A stretch of 64,000 nt of DNA from Eledone cirrhosa (lineage: Eukaryota), in NCBI GenBank assembly GCA_964016885.1, contig OZ024743.1, forward strand, positions 236,096,001 through 236,160,000, given 5' to 3'. The notes below the pieces were generated by a model, which saw only the letters and a program-made list of their open reading frames with translations, was not told where the DNA came from and made no database searches. Made by a program: the position numbers and the translations under genes. This document shows, in pieces, positions 55,306 through 64,000 of this stretch. Numbering within the stretch: the stretch's first letter is position 1; the number at the start of each line of letters is the position of its first letter.

Positions 55306-56374
55306 TATACACAACATTTTTCTATAGTGTATATCTCTCTATATCTAAAATTCTTCGTTCTCTCTCTGTCTGTCTGTTCCTATGCATTCTCTAACGATTT
55401 GACGAAATCAAATCAAATTTTATAAGGTTAATAGTATCAGACCCCGGGAGTGTCAACATGTAATTTTTATTTTTATTTGGATTAAAACAATATAAGATTT
55501 TCTCTAAAATAATATTTCTATTGTCAACTATAGTAAACCACCACAACGACAACGTCACATTTTGTATATGAGTGTGCACACAGACAATTAAACACGCACA
55601 TACATATGTGATGACAGACAGGCGTGCGTGAATGTATATCTGTATGTGTCTGTCTTAGTATATGTGTGTGAGTGTATGTGAGAGTGTGTGTGAGTGTATA
55701 TGTGTGTGAGTGAATGTGTGATAATTTTTATTTTCATTTGGATTCAAACAATAGGACATCACATTTTGTATATGAAAATGTATGTGTCTGTAAGTGTGTG
55801 TGTGTTTGCACCTTCGTTAGGTACGTTATTAAATACACACACACATCTACACATACCTGAATTACAGAATGAATATTGTTTACCCTAAGGTGCTTCAAGA
55901 TTGGCAGGCCGCAAGCGCTAATTTACATTCGTGCCCACATTAAAAAATGGCGGTAACTCAGGTTGTTTTGATTTGTTTCTTCAAAATTCGTACATTTTGT
56001 TTTCCTCGATCGTGAAAATGATAGAAAGATAAATTACGACTGAAAAGTTAGAGTAAAAAAAATCAGAAAGATTTCACTTAGGTGACTTAGCTGAGCCATT
56101 CAGAAAGCTTCGCGGGCTGTAGGTTGCCCATGACTGTCATAGAACATGGTTTTAGAGTATTTAAACTATTCAATGATTTCCTTAGCAACTCAACGATCGT
56201 ATTCTGAAGACATGTCAATTACCTAAGTACCTGGTGTATCAATGGACAGACAGCTATTAAGGCATAGTACTTTCTAATGGTGCTCTCAAAACCACGCTAA
56301 ACTTTGGCGTCACGGCGATTTAATCGATTTTCCCCTCCTTCAAAATTGCTGGCCTTGAGCCTTTAATAGAAATC

Positions 56375-56445
<71 letters not shown>

Positions 56446-56573
56446 ATAATAATATTTATACTTATATATGGTTTATATATAATTATAAATATGGAGAGTA
56501 GTACTAAGTACTAGCCAATTACCAATAAGAGAAAAGGCTCAATGTAAATTATCAAATGTATTACAGAGCCGAG

Positions 56574-56768
56574 ATACAAAATATGAAACAATCAAATCTT
56601 AGTTTAATACATTTTATTGCTGACAATTGTTTCTTCCAGACGAATGGGATTGTAATTACTTGTTTAAACATTGTCTATGCTCCGATGGATCGAGACATTC
56701 GTATGGAAGAAACAATTGTCAGCAATTAAATGTATTAAACTAAGATTTGATTGTTTTATATTTTGTAT
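56574..56768 (+). repeat. Fold-back element with degenerate hammerhead (56678-56724)
   Basis: Arms 56574-56646 / 56696-56768; tgct-CCGATG...GAAA-caattg-TC-agca. Confidence 0.75.
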
Positions 56769-57150
56769 ATTTAGGTTTGTTGGTTCACCACTGGATAGAA
56801 CTGGTCATTCCGTATGGTCAACCTCGATGTAATATTATGGAGAGCACTCAACGTAATGCAACTCACTCGTCTTCGTTAGAGTAGTTGGTGGTGCGGGTAC
56901 GGAGTTAATTATTATAAAATAACAGGACGTTGGACTTTATAATATATTTTTTTTTTCCTGAGTCCAACCATTTTCGCTGCTATGGCAATGCGGCTGGACT
57001 GCCGATCGCTATAGTTGATTTTCAAAGCTGTCTAAACGTATTGTTATTACTCTGGGGTATAATTCTCTATCGAGTGCTAAAGCTACATTCCGAATTTGCA
57101 TTCGTTAGCTTAGCCGCAGCCTAAAGCTTCGTTAATGCTGTACTAAAATT

Positions 57151-57189
<39 letters not shown>

Positions 57190-57193
<4 letters not shown>

Positions 57194-57709
57194 AAAAGAA
57201 TGAAACGAAATTTCATTTCTCACTCTTAGTACGGCTGGTACTTAAATGTAAGTATGTATGTATATGTACATACATATATGTATACAGACGTACAGCAGTA
57301 TGTATATATATACATGCACATATATATATATATATGTACGTATGGGTTTACCGAACATTTATTATAATGCTCGGTTTGTTTGTAAACAAACAGCCCGAAT
57401 TACGCCGCACAGTGTTCAGGCAACCATCGTCACCTTTTTATTCAACACTGACACAGGAACGATGTACTAGTTTAAAGCTTATTAGCTATCGTCAGCATCG
57501 TATACATTTCTGTCAGATGGTTGAACGTCTGAAAGTGTATACTTTCCTTATGCATATTAACGGCTGAGCAGCCTAATTTGCATATCGAGTGAGTTAGTCG
57601 GCCGGGCGCACCGAAAACGATAAATGGAAAAGAATGAAAGGAAATTTCATTTCTCACTCTTAGTACGGTTTCCATTTATCGTTTTCGGTGCGCCCGGCCG
57701 ACTAACTCA
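57190..57709 (-). repeat. Hammerhead-bearing repeat with a terminal 41-bp inverted repeat
   Basis: IR 57590-57630 / 57669-57709; direct repeat ~57192-57235 / 57626-57668; rearranged relative of 43412-43740. Confidence 0.75.
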
Positions 57710-60700
57710 ATAACACCTTTTATAAAATTTGCTGGAGTACAGCACCTCTCTCTCCATCCTGATTCTTCTTCCGAAATGATATCGGAAGAAACGGATCAGT
57801 TGTTGGCCAGAGAGAAAGGTGCCTGACCTCAGTCCTTTCAGACGTGTCCACCATACAACCTCTTTCACCATGGCTATTACGCACAGAAACACCGCCTCTC
57901 CTTCATTTTTGAAGGGGGGAGGCGGCTTAATCGTTACAATGGCCTCAGTGGTCAACCGGATCGGTTCTACCCGTGACAGCAATCGTTCGACATAGCCCCA
58001 CAGATCGGCTACGCCCGAGCAGTGTACCAATGCGTGTGCAACGGTTTCCTCGTCGCATACGCATCTGGGACAGATCTTTTTGGCGGGATCCCTAATCGGG
58101 CGCCCGTGTCTGTAGAGCTTTTCTCGAACGGGTAGAGCCCCTCGGTAGCACTGCCAGGCCAGGGACTTCTGGAAGTTGTCCATAGGTCCCGGGCTGAATG
58201 TCCTACCGAATAGGCTGGCCAGTTCGTCTTCCTCCATGTCTAGGGCTTCTCCGAGGGCGTCGTCGCACCTGTTGCTGACCAGCCCTCTATAGAATGTCGA
58301 GGTGGAGTCTCCACTGATAACCGGGTCCGCCTGCCAGAGGGCCGTGAGCGCCTGGGCACACTCAGTGTGCCAAGCGCCCAGTTTTCTCGGTCTTTGCTTG
58401 ACCCAGGATTGCAGCTCGGTGAGTGAGACGAGTCTGGGAAAGGTTCGTCTCACAAACGGGGCCCACACCGGTTGACCGGTGAGGAATACGTGGAGGTACC
58501 GTAGCCTTAATGCGTGTTTACACATCATTAGCCACGGCATCCCCAGACCTTTTTTCGAAGGGTGTTGACAGCAGATGGATCTCCTCAGCAAAGGAACCCG
58601 CTTCTTCCAAAGGAATTGAAAGAGTGCGCGCTCCATCTTAGCGAGGGTTTCCCTTGGGCAATGCACGACGGTCAGGCGGTAGTAGATGACGGACGCTATA
58701 TAGGTGTTCGCCACCTCCGCCCGATTTTTCAGGGATAGTTTGTAACTGGCCCACTTCTGGGTCAATGCAAACACCCTGTTCGTAACCTCCGCCCAGACCC
58801 CGAACAACTTCACCGGGCCCTCCGTCCAGCGTCCGACGACGCCATCGGAGGGCATCGGTTTGCCCCTCCACGTGCCGAGTTGCAAACCGATCGACTTGTC
58901 CCGGTTCAGCTTAGCCCCTGTGAATTTTTCGTACTCCTCCAGTAAGGTGCCGATCGCCCCGATTTCGGAGGCCGTCGACACCATTACTGTCACGTCATCG
59001 GCGTAGGCCGACACCGCTTTCCTCAATCCCGGTTACAAAGGGATGCCCTGCAACAACTCCAACTTCCGCAGTAGTGGCTCGAGAGTCAATACATACAGAA
59101 GGGAGGAGAGAGGGCACCCTTTTCGGATGGACCGCGCGATTTCGAACGGCTCCGAGAGGTAGCCATTCACCTTGACTCTAGAGCAGATGCGGCTGCTGTG
59201 CATAGCAGTGATCCAGCCCCTGAAAACTGGTCCGAAGCCTGCCGCCACTAGCACCGCATCCAGGTAACCATGGTCGACCCTATCGAACGCCTTAGATTGA
59301 TTCAAGTTGATCAGGGCCCCACCAAAGCCGGGTTCGTTCCCAACCCTCTCTATGATGTATCGCATGAGGTGGAGGTTGTCGTGGATGGACCTGGACGGGA
59401 TAGCACATGTCTGCGCATCTCCCACCAGGTTGCCCACGACAAAGGCCAACCTCTTTGCTAGCACCTTGGCTAAAATCTGTAACTCTGTATTTAGCAGAGT
59501 TATGGGCCTGAAGTTACTTATTTCGTCCCCCTTGTTCTCGTCCTTCCTCACTAGCGTGACTACGCCCTTGGTCACAGAACAGGGAATTCTCCCGTTCTGT
59601 TGCCAGTTGCAGTAGACCGCCTCGAGAAGATCGGGGAACAAGTCCGGCATCGCTAGATATTGTTCTTATGGAAGACCATCGAGACCCGGGGATTTGCGTT
59701 TGCCGCATTGGCTCAGCACGTCTTCTATCTCAGCGGCTGAAATCGGCTCCTCGCAGGACTTCGCCTCCACGTCCGAAAGACGCGGCAGGCCGTCGAGGTA
59801 TGGACCGAAGTCCACTTCTCCAACCGGCTCCCCGCCCCTTCCGAACAATCGGGCAAAGTGCCTTTGAAAGGCCTCACACATCTGCTTAGGTTCAAGGATC
59901 GTTCGTCCATCCTGGTCTCGCAAAGACCGGATGGTGGATTTAATTCTACTCTTGGCTTCTGTCACACGGGCCCAGCTAACAGCTTTGGTCCCCTCGTTCC
60001 CCAGAGCACGTATTTTACTTCGGACAACGCAGCTTTCGTGCTTCGTGTCGAAAAACTGGCTCAACACCGTTCTCGACGCTAGCACTCTGGCCACGTCGCC
60101 GCTTCTAATTCCCTCTTCTATTCTATCTATCAGCTCCCTTTCCTTCCTATTCCTATCCGTAGCTAGAACCTTACTAAATTCTATCGAGACTAATCTAATC
60201 TCTCTCTTTAGAGATACCCACCACCTGCTGTTGACGATCGCTCCAGTCAACCGCTCCTTAACTAACGTACTAATCCGGTCCCTGTAAGCTTTACTTACCG
60301 GTAAGGACAAGTTCAGCTTCCAGTAACCGGGACCCTGTCTATGCGTTCTATCAAGGTTGACCATGCAGGTCACCAACTTGTGGTCTGAATAGCCAACCAT
60401 GAGCATTTCTGGACAACTTAAAAAGTCCCTGGCCTTATTTCTAACTAAGAACCTATCTAGGTACGATCTAGATTGACCGCTGCGATTTGTCCAAGACAAG
60501 GTTGACACCGTCAGAAAATCTAGTCGAAATCTATCGGCCAGGTCAAATCGGCCGATTAACCCCTTGAGGCTGTTGCACCCCTCTCTATCGGGACATGCCC
60601 CTGCATAGTCCCAACGTGCATCCAGGATACCATTCCAGTCCCCCACTAAAAGCAGGGAACGGGACGTCCCTAGAAAAGACTCCAGACGCTGGAAAAAGTC

Positions 60701-63058
60701 GGGCCGCTCTGTCCCAAAAGGGGCATATGCGGCTACCAGCCTAAAGGCTCCACCTTCACCACTGCCAAGGTCCAGCACCACCAGTCGACCCCCTGGGTCC
60801 AAGTGAACTATCTGTGTGGCGAGACCCAGATGTTTTTGCATCAGAACGACGACCCCACCCTCACCCCGGGCTGACAGAGAGATGCGTGCATCTCAAAGTC
60901 ATCAAAGGTGGGGGCCAGCTGTTGCACGCTGCTGATCCGAGTCTCGCAGATAATCATCACATTTATAATCGTGACCTGAGGTCATTTAGAAACATTGCTT
61001 GCTTCCAAGGTGAGCCCAGACCACGCGCATTTAGACACCCTACTCTTAGCACAACCATCTCTGTGTCTCGGGGAGCGGGCCGCTCAATTTCCATGAGGGT
61101 TGGGGATGGGTTGTTGGGTGGGGTGGTGGTTTGTGGAAGTGTAGGGGCATCAGTGTGTTGTGGGGTTGGGGTGTTTGTAGTTGAGTGGGTGTCTGGGTAG
61201 GGGGTGGGGAAATTTTTTAGGAGGACGTGGTTGATTGGCTTGGTGCAGGGGGGGGGGGGGGGGGGCACGTCCTACGTGAAATTTATTTTCAATGTTTTGT
61301 TTAAGTTCGTTGGGACTTTAATCATTTTTAAATGAGGTAGTCCCACAGCAGTTAGAAAGTTAGGCCCTTCAGTTTGGACCGAAGGGTTTGACGAAATTGT
61401 GTTCATTAGTTCTTTGTTGTTTGCGTTCAAGTATGTATATTGTAAAGTCTTTTTTTGCGGAGCAGTTAGTGCTATGTGAAGGGGAGGGGTGGTTTGTATA
61501 TAGTTTGTTTTCTCTTGGGGAGGGTTTATGTTAATAAGTGTGTCTGTGGTGCGCCTCCTCTTCTTTCTTTTTACTGTTTGGAAGGGATCTTTTTCGTCTT
61601 GCGACGAAAGTGGTTCGTCTTCCTTGTTAGGTGGGAGGGGTATATTTTCTGGTAGTGTTTGCGGTGTGTGTTTTTGTATTTGTTTTGGGTGGGGAGTGGT
61701 TGGGTGGGACAGTGTTCTGTGTTGTTTTTTCACGTGTTTGTTGTTGTTGTGGTGGTGGTGTTGTTGGTTTTTGTTGTTGTTATTTTTGTTGTTGGGGGGG
61801 GGGGATGTTGTTGTAGGGGTGTTGGTAACAATGGTTTTTTCGGTGTGAGCTGGGGACAGGTAACCCTCAGGTGACCTCTGTTGCCACAGAGGTAACAGGA
61901 GGGACGCCTACCCACCACAATAAAGTTGAGGTGGGTACGGTCATCCAGCATGACGAGTTCAGGGAATTGGGCGATACGTTCTGGCCTTATTTGGGTCAGA
62001 ACTTCAATGCTCGTTCCACTGAACGCGTCGCCGGATACCTTCCCTATTGATATAAGGTTGTCCTCGTCCAAGTTGAGGAAACCGGTTAGTAACCACCAGT
62101 AGTTTATGTTTGGGGTGATGGTAGTTATCCAAATTCTTTGGGTTTTTTTTACCCATGTAGGCTGGAAAAAAGGTGTAATGCGTGGAACGAATTGGCGACA
62201 CAGAGTATTTTTTCGCCGCCAATTCGTCTTTCATCAATATGGATAAACTCCCATAGAGTTTATCCTTTTGTATGAAAATTATATCTTTCATAGCCTCTTT
62301 CAGAACCAACTGAATTTCAGCTTGAGATGGTTGTGCTGGTTTTCTTGTTTTGTTGGCAATTGTACGGAATACAACAGTTTGTAATTCCGTCTGTTTTTTT
62401 AGTTCTGGGGGCGAATTGATGGAAAAAGATCCATTTTCGCCAAAAGATACATATTTCTTTGCTTTTTCAAGCATTTCTTTTGCATTTGTTATATCTTCAA
62501 GCACATAGGTGACTGATATTTTAGCAGTCTGTGCAAAAGATATTTTGTTTTCGTTTTTGGTGTTTGAGGTGTTCTGTTTCTCGTTGTTCTGTTTCACGTA
62601 GTTATTTTCATTTTTGTTGTTGTTGTCTTTCTCATTTTGGTGTGTTGGTTTTGTCATTGTTAGTGTTTTCGTTGTAATTAATTGGTTTTGCACCCATATT
62701 TACTTGTTTGTCAGGCATATCGCCTTTTACAAAATCTTTTAAAACGTTGACGCGGGAAAGCAAAGCGCTTTGTACCGCTTGCTCCTTTCTCTCTTCCTCC
62801 TTAGTGAGCGTGGCGTTTTCGTTCACACGTGCTACAGACATGGCGTCAATTTTTTATCATGTGAGTCAGCAAACATTTTTTGGAGTAGTTTTTACCCCCA
62901 AAAGGGGTAAAGATACGATGAACGCCCGTCTACAGACATAGCCCGGTGGTTAAAAGACACTAAGACAACACAATAAAGAGACAAACACTTACTGTCAATA
63001 GGTAAAAATTCAAAAAGGCAGGAGCCGATGTTGTACGCGTCTATACTATGCGAGATAA
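57707..63058 (-). mobile_element. Near full-length Tx1/L1-like LINE, frameshifted, 3' end missing
   Basis: ORF1 pieces 62841-61272 with a CYLCGNRGHLRVTC knuckle. ORF2 from ATG 61058: APE (LNARG, GDWN, SYLDR, SDH, GPGYWKLN), RT (NFRPITLLN, KAFDRV, GCPLS, AYADDV) and CPRC..H...C. Confidence 0.92.
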
Positions 63059-64000
63059 ATAGATAGATATATTTCTTTATTAGCCACAAGGGCGCACAAG
63101 CAAAGGGGACAATACAAAGACATGCCGGGGATTTTACATACAGTCGTGTAAAAAATATAAAAACAGACAATTTCAACAATCGAAATCCCCAATAGGGGGG
63201 AGGCGCCACAAATGGGTTGTTTAATACCCCGTCGATAGAACAACCCTCAACTCCAGGAGCGTGTTGTGCAAGTGCTCCTTTCTTCCTTTTGCTCTCTTCA
63301 ACCTACAGGCTTATACACAGAGTAGGCCCAATCACTCGGGCCATTTTCGCTTCATTCACCCACCTTTCAGTAAATTTACTGGGGTGCAGTGCCTCTCTTT
63401 CCCCCCTGATTCTCCTTCTAAAGTGATACTTAAAGAAGGGAATCAATTGTTGTCCGGAGAGAAAGGCATCTGTCCTCAGTCCTCTCAACCTCGTCCACCA
63501 TATAACTTCTTTCACCATAGCCACCGTACAGAGGAAAACCGCCTCTCTTTCGTTTTTGAAAGAGGCTGGCGGTTTGATCCTTACTATGGACTCGGCAGTC
63601 AACTGCATTTGTCCCATACGCGACAGTAGTTGTTCTGCATAGTTCCACAGGTCGCTTACGCCCGGTCAGTGTACAATTGCGTGCAGAACTGTTTCGATGT
63701 CCTGCGCACATCCTGGACACGTCCTCTTGGAAGGATCCCTGCCAGGGCGTCCGTGCCTGTAGATCTTGTCACGAACCGGTAGAGCTCCTCGGTAGCACTG
63801 CCAGGCCAGGGACCTTTGGAAGTTGTCCATAGGTCCCGGGCGGAAAGTCCTACCAAACAGACTGGTGAGCTCATCGTCTTCGACGCCCAGAGTCTCTCCG
63901 AGCACGTCGTCGCCCTTGTAACGTACAATCCCTCTATAGAATGTCGAAGTGGAGTCTCCACTGATTGCTGCGCCCGCTTGCCAGAGGACTGTGAGCGCGT
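63059..64000 (-). mobile_element. 3' part of a second Tx1-like LINE with (TCTA)-type tail, runs off the window
   Basis: PGPMDNFQRSLAWQCYRGALPVR and VKEVIWWTRLRGLR match the first copy; 3' UTR matches 23085-23372. Confidence 0.9.

Noticed and set aside
55320-56140. Helitron-like start and hAT-like end (ggttgcccatgactg)
   Set aside because: Matching opposite termini could not be located.

Overview
AT-rich, repeat-saturated eukaryotic (animal) genomic DNA with no intact host gene recognisable. The SINE and microsatellite landscape resembles a cephalopod such as Octopus (inference only). Most ORF-track entries are microsatellite translations. Recognisable elements: a DD37D (maT-like) Tc1/mariner transposon; a 33-bp satellite; a near full-length Tx1/L1-like LINE plus fragments; an R4/Dong-like REL-endonuclease LINE; RTE fragments; two tRNA-derived SINE families; non-autonomous Helitron-like elements; a piggyBac-like MITE; and Penelope-like (PLE) GIY-YIG remnants. 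Main unexplained signal: more than a dozen type-I hammerhead ribozyme motifs from several unrelated families, mostly inside fold-back units sitting in (TA)n tracts. The largest is a ~4.9-kb near-perfect palindrome (46133-51028) with an outward-facing hammerhead at each end, apparently non-PLE cargo in the arms and a GIY-YIG remnant in the loop. Coordinates were read by eye; repeat edges are approximate.
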